From a virus (Duplodnaviria > Caudoviricetes): 37,847 nucleotides of DNA. The notes below the pieces were generated by a model, which saw nothing but the letters and a program-made list of their open reading frames with translations, had not been told where the DNA came from and ran no database searches. The DNA lies in IMG/VR virus record IMGVR_UViG_3300033067_001273, positions 1 through 37,847 of that record; one strand, written 5' to 3'. A program made the position numbers and the translations under genes. Below, one piece after another: positions 7,691-16,247 of the stretch; positions within the stretch are counted from its first letter, which is position 1; each line of letters begins with the position of its first letter.

Positions 7691-9040
7691 TTACCACCGG
7701 GTTATCACTTTCAAGGTTCCCACATTTCCGATTGGTGTCAATGGGCTTAAGACGCAAAGCGGGTAACCAGCGGCGTCCGAAGCATGGGTCAGACTTTTGT
7801 CTGAAGTCTTATCAAGCACGGCACCCTTCGCATCTTTCCATGCAACGCGTTCACCGTCCTTTTTTAAGCGTGGACAATTGGTTGGGTGAACCCACATATT
7901 TATTTCGCCTTCAGGTGTTTTTAAACAATGGTTGAAAGTGTTGACCCGATCTTTAACGAAAGGGTTTGAATCAGGTGTTCTGTTTTCGAAACTAATTTCG
8001 TGCTTCTTAAGTGTGGCCTCAAGAATCGTGTAGTCCGTTTGACCGGCTGAAGTTGTGGACCTTGCCTTACCTGAAGCGTCACCAACAATAATGACATTGG
8101 GGTTTGCACGAAGCCCCTCGGCTTTCATTTTAAGAACACGTTGGCAAAAGGCTTCGCTGGCTTCAGGTGTGTTGGAATCTTCAAGCGCGACCTCATCGAA
8201 CCAATACCATTGTTTATATTTGTTTTGACCTATTTCCCAAACCATTGGGTGAACGTTGAAGTCGGCGCCAAGAATAATTGGAAGATAAGGGTTGAACAGC
8301 CTGGTGTCTTTGTCACCGTTGAATGGCGACTTACTGACAAGGTTTTCTTGGCTGAAATTAATGTAAGCCTTGCCCTGGTATATATCTCTAAACTCGGCCC
8401 CAATTTCTTGGTCGAACAAAGCTTGTGACATTGATTGACGGGCTGATTCAATTTCGGCTTTCGTCCACCACCATGCACCCCAAGAGGGTGAATGAACAAC
8501 GCCCCACTCTTCAGGGTTTTCAAGCGCAAAGTTTCTTAGGTCATAAAACCAATCGTAACCGTGTGGGGTGGAATAAAAATCACACCAACCGTTATATCTT
8601 GAAAGCATGGGACGCATGACACCTGTCCACAGTTCTTGGTTCTGTTGTCGACATTCGTCAATGATTCCACCATGCAAAGTTTCACCTCGAAGGTCTTCGA
8701 AGTTTTGGCCAGACTTAAAAGAAACCTCGCGGTGGCCTGTAAGGAACACGGTTTTTTCTGATTCGTTGGGGCGCTTGGACCAAAGCGAAGTCCAAGATTC
8801 TTTTGGGAAAAGTTTAACGAAACGATTGAAACCAATTTCAGCGGCGGCGTGAGTTTGAAGCACGTGCCAATAAATTCCGAAGCGTGGACCCTCAAGAGGT
8901 TTTTTGAACATTGTCCAGGTGCCGTTGGTTGTCTTACCTGACTGACGACCGAAAATGCCAATCTTGAATCTAGTCTTAAGGTTCTGAATTTCCTTTTGCG
9001 CTGGCGTCCTTCGTGGAAGGGTCAGGTTGATTGTCTTCAT
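7691..9040 (-). CDS. terL: Terminase large subunit
   Basis: Walker A GRQSGKT, LRGETLHGGIIDE Walker B, STP coupling motif, nuclease GADFN...HASDAAGY. Confidence 0.95.
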   Translation of the reverse strand: MKTINLTLPRRTPAQKEIQNLKTRFKIGIFGRQSGKTTNGTWTMFKKPLEGPRFGIYWHVLQTHAAAEIGFNRFVKLFPKESWTSLWSKRPNESEKTVFLTGHREVSFKSGQNFEDLRGETLHGGIIDECRQQNQELWTGVMRPMLSRYNGWCDFYSTPHGYDWFYDLRNFALENPEEWGVVHSPSWGAWWWTKAEIESARQSMSQALFDQEIGAEFRDIYQGKAYINFSQENLVSKSPFNGDKDTRLFNPYLPIILGADFNVHPMVWEIGQNKYKQWYWFDEVALEDSNTPEASEAFCQRVLKMKAEGLRANPNVIIVGDASGKARSTTSAGQTDYTILEATLKKHEISFENRTPDSNPFVKDRVNTFNHCLKTPEGEINMWVHPTNCPRLKKDGERVAWKDAKGAVLDKTSDKSLTHASDAAGYPLCVLSPLTPIGNVGTLKVITRW

Positions 9041-9416
9041 TGTCGTCGGCCCATCCTATTTTGAACTCTGTGCTTTCAACCGTTTCGGTTTTAGTTTCAA
9101 TTTTTTCTGTGAACTCAAGGCCACCTTGACCAGCTGTTTGTTTTGAAAGCCATATCATTGCACCAAGATTGTCTTTCTTCAAAGCTGTGGTCCAGAGTGA
9201 ACGGCGCAACGCGGCTTTATTGCGGCTTCGGGCTTTCTCAATAATGTTCGCAAAATGGCGTTGAAGTGTGTCAACACTCACGTCAAGTATGTGGGCCATT
9301 TCTTTATAAGTGCAATGAATTTCGGCGAGTTCTTCTAGAAGATAGACGTCGACTTGTGCGCGTGGACGTCCGCGTGTTTCAGTCTTTACAGGTTCGGGTT
9401 TCTTTTTTTTAGACAC
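8976..9416 (-). CDS. terS: Terminase small subunit
   Basis: RGRP followed by HTH (CTYKEMAHILDVSVDTLQRHF), AMIWLSK; overlaps the TerL start. Confidence 0.8.
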   Translation of the reverse strand: MSKKKKPEPVKTETRGRPRAQVDVYLLEELAEIHCTYKEMAHILDVSVDTLQRHFANIIEKARSRNKAALRRSLWTTALKKDNLGAMIWLSKQTAGQGGLEFTEKIETKTETVESTEFKIGWADDNEDNQPDPSTKDASAKGNSEP

Positions 9417-9417
9417 A

Positions 9418-9921
9418 TTAATTCCCCTCGACTTGTTCTTTCATTCGGCACAATTCAAAAATATCTTTAGGGGTGAAAAAGTCAACGTCTTGGTCTTTAA
9501 GACGCTGGTCAATAAAATCTTTTAAAATTGTTCCAACAAGTTCAGAACAAACAAAGCCATTTTCTTTTTTTGATTTAATTTTGTGGCCTGTCATTTTGTA
9601 AATAAAAATTGCTAAAATATCTCTTATTGAATAAGGGGCGCCAGCATTTTCAATGCAAAATTTCATTAAATTAAAATAAGATTCTTCAGAAATTGTGAAA
9701 AGGAATTCTTTGTAAATCTCAACGTGTTTATTGAAAAACTTAAATCCTGTGAAATTTACTTGAACACCGCTTGCTTGATATATTAAGTCAGATTCATATT
9801 TTGTCTGAAGTCTAATATAGCAATGTGAAAAAGGTGACTTATCAACAAGTCTTATGGCCCATGAAAACCAAGGGAATAAAATTCCCTTGGGTTTTGAAAA
9901 ACCTATCTGTAAATATCTCAA
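9418..9921 (-). CDS. Permuted papain-like amidase (YiiX/YaeF-type NlpC/P60)
   Basis: His before Cys (PFSHCYI...GAPY...FVCSELV); TTG 9921 overlaps the upstream TGA (track start 9969). Confidence 0.75.
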   Translation of the reverse strand: MRYLQIGFSKPKGILFPWFSWAIRLVDKSPFSHCYIRLQTKYESDLIYQASGVQVNFTGFKFFNKHVEIYKEFLFTISEESYFNLMKFCIENAGAPYSIRDILAIFIYKMTGHKIKSKKENGFVCSELVGTILKDFIDQRLKDQDVDFFTPKDIFELCRMKEQVEGN

Positions 9922-10277
9922 AGTCGACTCGCGTAAATCCAAAGTTCGTCTAGTTGGTCTGAAGTCCAACCAAGCATTTGGCCAACTTGATTCACCAAAG
10001 CTCTGTTTCTATGAAAGGAAATTGAATATTCCCATTCAATTTTTGCAAGACTTTTTGTTGGTTCTGACAAAGATTCCAATGCTGTTTCAACGTCCGCAAG
10101 AGTTATTCCATTTAAAACTAAGGCTTGCTTAATTTGTCTTGGTGTCACTTCAGTTGGAACCACAACCGTTGGAGTATAAGCCGCCAATTTTTCTGACCAC
10201 TCTTGTTCGCTTGTTGAATCAGGAAGGGTCAATTGACCCCTTACTTGTCCACTCACAATAATATTTCTTGTTGCCAT
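9918..10277 (-). CDS. Fibre-associated small protein (assembly chaperone-like)
   Basis: VTPRQIKQAL...IEWEYS..FHR...LGWTSDQLDELW pattern of proteins usually found after fibre genes. Confidence 0.6.
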   Translation of the reverse strand: MATRNIIVSGQVRGQLTLPDSTSEQEWSEKLAAYTPTVVVPTEVTPRQIKQALVLNGITLADVETALESLSEPTKSLAKIEWEYSISFHRNRALVNQVGQMLGWTSDQLDELWIYASRL

Positions 10278-10278
10278 T

Positions 10279-11385
10279 TTACACCCTCACTCTATAAACG
10301 CGACCAACTGAACCGTTTGAACCAGTCACACCAGTTCCAGTTCCGCTTGAACCAAGACCACCAGAAACGTTTGTTGTTAATGAAGTAAGCGTTGTGTCGT
10401 TTGAAGAAATGAAACAGATAACACCGCCGCCGCCACCCCCGCCACCGCCTCGGTTTCCACCAGCCGGAGTTCCACCGTTGCCACCCATAGCTTTAAGGAC
10501 ACCAGTTCCAAAAATAGTTCTGGCGCAAACCAAAATAGTTCCAGCTGAACCACCGCCACCGCCGCCAGCTGTTCCGTCACCGCCACCGCCACCGCCACCG
10601 GCGCCACCAGAAATTGCGGTGTTTGCAAGGTCACGAATTAAAATTGCACGGTTCGCAGCTTGAAGGACCTCTGTTCCACCATTGTTTGCTGAAACGTTTG
10701 TCAAGATTCCACCAGCGCCACCGGCGCCACCTGAACCAGCGCCACCGGCGCCACCTGAACCACCAAGTCCTGTTGCACCAGTTCCAGCTGTTCCAGCCGC
10801 CGTTCCACCGGCACCGCCAGCAACACCAACAGCCAATGAACCAACAACAAGTGCGACACCGCCAGCTGTTCCAATTGCATCGTTTCCATTTCTTGCAATG
10901 GTTCCGTTATTTTCAATTGAAGTGAATGCAAAAATTCTGTAACCACCTGTGGTTAAAGTAACACCAGAATTAATGACCAAAGTGTTATAGTACATGTCAC
11001 GAGTTAATGTGGTGTCGACACTTATCACAACGTCACCGTCTGTGGCTGTTGGGAACCAAGGCGAAGAATATTGACCAGCGATTTTATTGAATGCTTGAAG
11101 AATTGAATCTGTTGCAGCAATAACACCTGAAGTTGGTGTCAGTCCTGTAAGAAGTTTTGCAATAACAGCACTGTTCGTTACTGTTGCAGCGGCGGCCCCT
11201 GGTCCTGTTGCAGTTACTTCACCAGTTAATGAAGTGATTGCTGAACCAACAGCGCCATAGTTTGTTATTGTTCCAGCATCGTTTTTTGATTTTAGAAGCT
11301 TATCAACCGAGTCAACATAGAGCGTTGTCTTTCCGGTTGAAGGCGTTCCCACGCTTCCCGTATTGTCTAAATCCACCTGTGCCAT
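10279..11385 (-). CDS. Glycine-rich fibre/adhesin-like virion protein
   Basis: 368 aa; ITSLTGEVTATGPG fibre repeat and long GGxGG arrays; AAGGGG SD. Confidence 0.7.
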   Translation of the reverse strand: MAQVDLDNTGSVGTPSTGKTTLYVDSVDKLLKSKNDAGTITNYGAVGSAITSLTGEVTATGPGAAAATVTNSAVIAKLLTGLTPTSGVIAATDSILQAFNKIAGQYSSPWFPTATDGDVVISVDTTLTRDMYYNTLVINSGVTLTTGGYRIFAFTSIENNGTIARNGNDAIGTAGGVALVVGSLAVGVAGGAGGTAAGTAGTGATGLGGSGGAGGAGSGGAGGAGGILTNVSANNGGTEVLQAANRAILIRDLANTAISGGAGGGGGGGDGTAGGGGGGSAGTILVCARTIFGTGVLKAMGGNGGTPAGGNRGGGGGGGGGVICFISSNDTTLTSLTTNVSGGLGSSGTGTGVTGSNGSVGRVYRVRV

Positions 11386-11403
11386 TTTTTCCCCTTTTAC
11401 TTT

Positions 11404-11955
11404 TTAAATAATTGTTAAAATTCCAGTTCCTTCAATTGTTACTATTGCGCCACCAGAAATATAAGTTTTTGACCGAATTAAATTATAGTCTGTTGGTACT
11501 AAAAAATTTTGTGCAATGGTTTGTTTATGTAAATTTTGAGACCAAACCAATTTCGAAAATGCTTGAATAATTGTGTCGGAAGAAACAACAACACCATAAG
11601 CTTCGGTTAAACCAGTTAAAAGTTTGGCCATGATTGCGGCGCTTGTTATTTGTGAAACGTCGGCTTTTTCTGCGTCTAATTCATTAATTGCGGCTTGAAC
11701 GTCGGTGGCTGAAATATTTCCAGCTGGAACGTTTGTCACTTCACTGGCCGTATAGTCACCAGCTTGTGCTGTCACAATTCCGTTTCGTCCTTCGAAGCTT
11801 GAAACACCAGCGGCGGCGGCTTCTATATCTGTTACAACACCACTTGAATTTTTTCTTTTCCAATGGTTGTCAACCGAGTCAACAAACATTGTCATTTCAC
11901 CACTGGCTGGTGTTGGTGCGCTTGCGCTTGTTTGTTCTTTTAAAATATGGGCCAT
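11404..11955 (-). CDS. Fibre-like structural protein
   Basis: VSSFEGRNGIVTAQAGDY and PAGNISATDVQAAINELDAEK fibre motifs; shares two modules with 10279..11385. Confidence 0.7.
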   Translation of the reverse strand: MAHILKEQTSASAPTPASGEMTMFVDSVDNHWKRKNSSGVVTDIEAAAAGVSSFEGRNGIVTAQAGDYTASEVTNVPAGNISATDVQAAINELDAEKADVSQITSAAIMAKLLTGLTEAYGVVVSSDTIIQAFSKLVWSQNLHKQTIAQNFLVPTDYNLIRSKTYISGGAIVTIEGTGILTII

Positions 11956-11958
11956 AGT

Positions 11959-12348
11959 TTACAACTCCACCGTGTCGCCTTGAACACGCAATGTTCCTTG
12001 GATTTTTAAATTTTTGCAAAACAATATTTTATTGAAAGGAACTAAAATTAAATCGTCAATCGGAATGGTCCCAAGTCCGAAGGTTGTGGTGTTATCAGGA
12101 TTTTCTTCAATCAAGTCACCACGCGTTATCAAGTCACCAAAAACTGTTAATGTTCCTTGGTGAAGCATTTGTTGATTTTCTGGAATGGTAACAGTCTCAC
12201 CTATTCCAACATATTTATAAGAAAAGTTATCGGCACCGGAAGAACTTGCGGCCTCTTCGATTGCGTCTTGAACATTGTCGGAAGTGAAGCCATTGCTTGA
12301 ATTGTCAAAGGGAACTGAAACCGCGACCTGTGTTCCTCTTGCACTCAT
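11959..12348 (-). CDS. Fibre-like structural protein
   Basis: VPFDNSSNGFTSDNVQDAIEE motif plus two beta-rich TIP..GTL repeats. Confidence 0.6.
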   Translation of the reverse strand: MSARGTQVAVSVPFDNSSNGFTSDNVQDAIEEAASSSGADNFSYKYVGIGETVTIPENQQMLHQGTLTVFGDLITRGDLIEENPDNTTTFGLGTIPIDDLILVPFNKILFCKNLKIQGTLRVQGDTVEL

Positions 12349-12782
12349 ACGCCTTCACCCACTCTTACAAGAGTTCCAGCAAGGGCCGCAACAATCCAAA
12401 CTTCCCCGGTCACAGTTACGTCAAAAGAAAATGTTTGGTTCTTAAAAACTTCGGTTCCTGTTGAAGCTGTGACGCTGGAATTGAAACCAAAATAAACCGA
12501 ACGGTTTCTTGGTTGAACGGTCACAAGTTTTCTGTCAGCAAGTGGGCTTCCACCAGCTTGAACTTTCACAGCACTGGTTCCGATTGTGAGTTCAGCTTGC
12601 GAACCAACACCAGTCAAACCGCCAGCACTTACCGAAATAGTTCCAGTGATTGGAATTGGTTCAGTGCCTTTGTTTTTTACTTTGACGTGAAGTGCGCGAC
12701 GTAAATCAACGTCTTCCGAGTTACCAAGCGGTAAGCCTCGGTCCATTAAAAGTGACGCGTTCGTTGGGTCTTCAGTGGCCAT
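12345..12782 (-). CDS. Putative beta-sandwich virion protein
   Basis: 145 aa; RKLVTVQP..SVYFGF..SVTASTG pattern; ATGA overlap with the next gene. Confidence 0.6.
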   Translation of the reverse strand: MATEDPTNASLLMDRGLPLGNSEDVDLRRALHVKVKNKGTEPIPITGTISVSAGGLTGVGSQAELTIGTSAVKVQAGGSPLADRKLVTVQPRNRSVYFGFNSSVTASTGTEVFKNQTFSFDVTVTGEVWIVAALAGTLVRVGEGV

Positions 12783-12825
12783 GCAATCATTTCAATGGGA
12801 AATAGATTTTTTTACAAGGCTAAAC

Positions 12826-12993
12826 TTAGGGCGACCAAAGTTCTTTTTCTAGATCGGACAAACGTCTTAAGAGTTTGCCTGTTAAATCTTCAAGTTCTTT
12901 GATTCTTTTTTCTAGGTCTTGGATTTTTCGCTGAAGGTTTTCAACATTATTTTCAACATGGTTTTCCACACGTTTTTCAACAATAGCTTCCAA
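12826..12993 (-). CDS. 55 aa coiled-coil protein (not in ORF track); first gene of the minus-strand block
   Basis: TTG start after AAGGGGTGGGGC; MEAIVEKRVENHVENNVENLQRKIQDLEKRIKELEDLTGKLLRRLSDLEKELWSP with heptad leucines. Confidence 0.6.
   Translation of the reverse strand: MEAIVEKRVENHVENNVENLQRKIQDLEKRIKELEDLTGKLLRRLSDLEKELWSP
12938..12982 (+). repeat. Four TTTTC(A/C)ACA 9-mers at an exact 12-bp period (DnaA-box-like)
   Basis: Copies start at 12938, 12950, 12962 and 12974. Confidence 0.8.
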
Positions 12994-13029
12994 GCCCCAC
13001 CCCTTTTAAGCCATGCGTTTAAAAAGACA

Positions 13030-13064
13030 TGGCCGTTGACTTTTTAGGTCGCACGGCCAAGATT
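13030..13064 (+). promoter_or_regulatory. Candidate sigma70-type promoter of the replication block within an inverted repeat
   Basis: TTGACT(13036)-17 nt-AAGATT; TGGCCGT...ACGGCCA arms. Confidence 0.4.
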
Positions 13065-13144
13065 GGAAATAACTACACCCCAACAGGTGGAAAAATCGCA
13101 CAATCCAAACGTTGGGGCAAGCTTAATTTTTTGAGGGGAATTTT

Positions 13145-13717
13145 GTGACCAGCCGTGTTTCGTTATCTAAAAAGATAAGATTTAATATTTTCAAAAGAGA
13201 TTGTTTTAAATGCCGTTATTGTGGAAGAACCGTTGGACCTGATTTAATGCTGGAAGTTGACCATGTGGTTCCAGTAAGTAAAGGTGGGACCAATGACCCT
13301 ATAAACCTTGTCACCGCTTGTTTTGATTGCAACAGGGGAAAATCAAAGAACCTACTTGGAACCAATTCAATCGGTCCTTTAGACGCAAAATCGCTTAAAG
13401 AAAACATTAAAGAACAAAAAAAACAGGTTCTTGAATATTTTAAATATATAGACCAAAAGAAAATTTTAAGAAAAGAGCTTTGTGAAAAAGCTGTTATGAA
13501 AATGATTTTGTTTGGACCAAGTTTTGTTCCTAATGATTTTATTCAGGGGGTTTCTTATTTTTTAACAAAACTGGACTTAATTGAAGTCCAAGACGCTTCT
13601 ATGATTGCGATTAACCGATTCCAGGCAAGAAAAACAAACGACCTTTGGAAATATTTTTACGGTATTTGTCACACCAAAATAAGAAACAAAGAGGTTGAAA
13701 AAAATGCCAAGATTTAA
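13145..13717 (+). CDS. HNH endonuclease domain protein with helical C-terminus
   Basis: CRYCG...LEVDHVVPVSKGGTNDPINLVTACFDCNRGK; GAGGGG SD. Confidence 0.9.
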   Translation: MTSRVSLSKKIRFNIFKRDCFKCRYCGRTVGPDLMLEVDHVVPVSKGGTNDPINLVTACFDCNRGKSKNLLGTNSIGPLDAKSLKENIKEQKKQVLEYFKYIDQKKILRKELCEKAVMKMILFGPSFVPNDFIQGVSYFLTKLDLIEVQDASMIAINRFQARKTNDLWKYFYGICHTKIRNKEVEKNAKI

Positions 13718-14474
13718 CAACGGATTTATTAAGTTGCATCGCACAATAATGGACGGTGACTTAGCCACACATAATGCAATTTTTGCATTGTTTGTTCGAC
13801 TAATTATTATGGCGAATTGGCGTGAAACCAAAATTTACTGGTCAGGAAAACAGATAGTCCTTCCACCAGGCAGCGTCGTTTGTGGTGGAGAAGAGCTTGC
13901 AGAAAAGCTTCAAGTAAGTAGAAGAACTTTACGACGGTACTTGTCATATCTCACTGACACGTCACGCATTGCCCAACTAACAAACAGTCAGGGGACTATC
14001 GTAACTATATTGAATTATTCAAAATATCAGGTTGAAGGAAATTTAGATTCTGAAAGTTTGCCCAATAAACGCCCAATAAACGCCCAACAAACGCCCAATA
14101 AACGCCCACTTATTGAAGAAGGTAAAGAAGGTAAGAAGGTAAAGAATAATACATACACCGCTGATTTTGAAATTCTTTGGAAAGAATATCCAAAGAAGAC
14201 TGGAAAGATTGACGCGTTTGAAGCATTTAAAAAAAATGTGGACATCGAAACAGAACTTGGTCTAGTTTCCACAGCAATAAAAAACTACACCAATGAACTT
14301 GTAAGAAACCAAACAGAATCAAAATATATAAAGCATATGGCTAGTTTTTTAAATAAAGGTCGGTGGCGTGATTGTTTAGAAGCCGACTATGGAACTAGCA
14401 CGATTAAGAAAAAATCAGCCACAAGTTGGCTTGACGAAGCAATTGCAAAGGAAAAAGAAAATGTCCCCTTTTGA
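13704..14474 (+). CDS. Phage replication initiator (replisome organiser / O-like)
   Basis: GFIKLHR N-terminus, wHTH, GTIVTILNYSKYQ, C-terminal FEILWKEYPKK...YIKHMASFLN; internal iterons (track start 13695). Confidence 0.85.
   Translation: MPRFNNGFIKLHRTIMDGDLATHNAIFALFVRLIIMANWRETKIYWSGKQIVLPPGSVVCGGEELAEKLQVSRRTLRRYLSYLTDTSRIAQLTNSQGTIVTILNYSKYQVEGNLDSESLPNKRPINAQQTPNKRPLIEEGKEGKKVKNNTYTADFEILWKEYPKKTGKIDAFEAFKKNVDIETELGLVSTAIKNYTNELVRNQTESKYIKHMASFLNKGRWRDCLEADYGTSTIKKKSATSWLDEAIAKEKENVPF
14060..14150 (+). repeat. Putative replication origin: 4.5 x 11-bp iterons GCCCAA(T/C)AAAC followed by purine-rich AAGAAGGTA repeats
   Basis: Copies at 14060, 14071, 14082, 14093 and partial at 14104; three AGAAGGTA copies in 14116-14141; inside the initiator gene as in lambdoid origins. 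Confidence 0.8.
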
Positions 14475-14772
14475 ATTCAAAACACAAATTGAACGCTTGA
14501 ACAATGTTTTCGGCGAACGTTCTTTTCCTGAAGAAAGGTCTAAGCTCTTATGGGAAGCCTTCAAAGAATGTGACGCCGAGTGGTTCCGTCGTGCTTGCAA
14601 TTTTTTTATCGGTGAGTCTAGATTTCCACCAACGCTTTCACAGTTCAAAGAAAATCTTTCTTCACACAACAAGCGAAATGACTACGTGACTTTTGACAAC
14701 CTGGAAGAACGTGCTGTGACACCAGTGGGCCGTGAAGCAATTAAAACAATTAAGAAAATGTTTAACTTATGA
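14461..14772 (+). CDS. Helicase loader/inhibitor-like protein (SPP1 G39P-like)
   Basis: LW...K..D..WFRRAC..FIGESRFPPTLSQF; directly after the initiator (track start 14389). Confidence 0.65.
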   Translation: MSPFEFKTQIERLNNVFGERSFPEERSKLLWEAFKECDAEWFRRACNFFIGESRFPPTLSQFKENLSSHNKRNDYVTFDNLEERAVTPVGREAIKTIKKMFNL

Positions 14773-15017
14773 GTTTCACTGGTCACATAAAGCGCATTGA
14801 AAATCTTCGTTACCGTAAAGGGACTAAGGTGCTGTGTCCAAAATGCAATGACCATATTGCGAATCTTGCGTTCGATGTTTTTGCTGAAGACCCAATCACT
14901 GAAGGAATGTTTCGTTGGGTGAATCAATTATTTTCTTGTCGTGACCCAATGGTTTGCAAGAAGTGTGGTGCGCCGTGGTTCGATAAGGATTTTAAAAAAG
15001 TGGAATACGTGAAATGA
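14769..15017 (+). CDS. Zinc-ribbon protein
   Basis: CPKC...CKKC; ATGA-coupled. Confidence 0.7.
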   Translation: MSFTGHIKRIENLRYRKGTKVLCPKCNDHIANLAFDVFAEDPITEGMFRWVNQLFSCRDPMVCKKCGAPWFDKDFKKVEYVK

Positions 15018-15217
15018 AAGACATGATTCTTAGGACTGGAATTTATTATTCACCTAAGTACGACAAGGTTTGTGAGCTTAGTTCTTTTTCAATGAACTTT
15101 GAAAATGCATTATTGGTTTTTGGTTTCGACGCTGACTTAGAATTTTGGCTAAATAGTTACATGGCTTTTTTCTTTTTTAAACACAACAAGTATGAATACA
15201 TTGGGGAAGTTGAATGA
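15014..15217 (+). CDS. Hypothetical protein (GxYY...YIG family)
   Basis: Coupled start and stop with neighbours. Confidence 0.65.
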   Translation: MKDMILRTGIYYSPKYDKVCELSSFSMNFENALLVFGFDADLEFWLNSYMAFFFFKHNKYEYIGEVE

Positions 15218-15465
15218 CCGAAAGATATTTTTACCACCCACATTCTGACAACATTGTTGTGGCCCATGCGTCTTTTGTTGCGCATGAGATTGAAGGCGCA
15301 AAAGAAGAGGCTTTGAAACTTGGAATAACTTATTCAATGGACGTTGAGCTTTATAAACAAGTTGGTTGGTTTATTGAAACACCAATTGGAATTGCATTTA
15401 TGAACAAAGAATATTGTGATAAAAATTTTATTGATTTAGATTCAACAGAGGGTGAACCAATATGA
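15214..15465 (+). CDS. Hypothetical protein
   Basis: GGGG SD; ATGA overlaps. Confidence 0.65.
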   Translation: MTERYFYHPHSDNIVVAHASFVAHEIEGAKEEALKLGITYSMDVELYKQVGWFIETPIGIAFMNKEYCDKNFIDLDSTEGEPI

Positions 15466-15674
15466 AATATTTAGGATTTTTAGTTTTTGTTTTTTTATTC
15501 AACACAGCAATTGATTTTACAGCCGTTCTTAGTGTGAAAGCTGACCCTGTAAAAGAAAAATATGCTTGTGACCAGTTAATGATTCAAGCAAACGAACACC
15601 CTATTTTGGCCAGTGTATTTTTTAATGGCTGGTATTTGGGTTGTTCTTGGAAAATGAAACACAATGAAAAATAA
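15462..15674 (+). CDS. Small membrane/exported protein
   Basis: MKY followed by a hydrophobic N-terminus; GAGGG SD. Confidence 0.6.
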   Translation: MKYLGFLVFVFLFNTAIDFTAVLSVKADPVKEKYACDQLMIQANEHPILASVFFNGWYLGCSWKMKHNEK

Positions 15675-16041
15675 ATATGACCGTTGTTCAGTTCCAAAAT
15701 GTGGTGGCATTATTTTGGCCGACACAGAAAATTGGTTGAAGCCTTTGTGCAATTTCCATTATGAACAAGCGGTTATCCGTTGGCCCACTGGAATTTTTGG
15801 CGACACCATTGGCGAAATGTTTCACGAGTGCGTGGAAGCCAAGACAAAATTTCCACCATTCAATTCAGCGCACGAAGCCTTTGCTGTGTTGAACGAAGAG
15901 TTTGACGAATTAAAACAACATGTGTGGACCAATCAAAAGAAACGAGACCTTGAGGCAATGAGACAAGAAGCGATTCAAGTTGGTGCAATGGCTTTGAGGT
16001 TTGCTTGTGAAGTGTGTGACGAAAAGGTTGGACGAAAGTGA
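15664..16041 (+). CDS. MazG-like NTP pyrophosphohydrolase domain protein with Cys-rich N-terminus
   Basis: FNSAHEAFAVLNEEFDEL...EAIQVGAMALRF. Confidence 0.7.
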   Translation: MKNKYDRCSVPKCGGIILADTENWLKPLCNFHYEQAVIRWPTGIFGDTIGEMFHECVEAKTKFPPFNSAHEAFAVLNEEFDELKQHVWTNQKKRDLEAMRQEAIQVGAMALRFACEVCDEKVGRK

Positions 16042-16247
16042 AAGACTTTAGAAGTGATCTAGATTGGACCACAGTCAAAGAATCAGAACGCCCTTTAATT
16101 GGAACAACTGAAGCCGAAAAAATATCTAAAATAGATTTAGGATTTTGCATCTTAATAAAAATTGAAAAGAAGTGGGTGGACAGTGGTCACCACTACACCG
16201 TTCATTATGCGACGTATTCAAAGCCAAACCAGGATGTTAAGCCATGA
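16038..16247 (+). CDS. Hypothetical protein
   Basis: GTGA/ATGA coupling on both sides. Confidence 0.55.
   Translation: MKDFRSDLDWTTVKESERPLIGTTEAEKISKIDLGFCILIKIEKKWVDSGHHYTVHYATYSKPNQDVKP

Noticed and set aside
10377-10946. Pro-rich and His/Arg-rich ORFs and CCGCCA-type repeats on other frames
   Set aside because: Shadows of the Gly codon runs in 10279..11385; not CRISPR, VNTR or independent genes.
12782-12817. Leaderless promoter for 12345..12782 (TTGTAA-17-TGAAAT-6-ATG)
   Set aside because: Spacing is suggestive and the gene lacks an SD, but the -10 element misses the conserved A; too weak to call.
14060-14108. Mini CRISPR array
   Set aside because: Repeats are 11 bp and contiguous with no spacers; they fit iterons.
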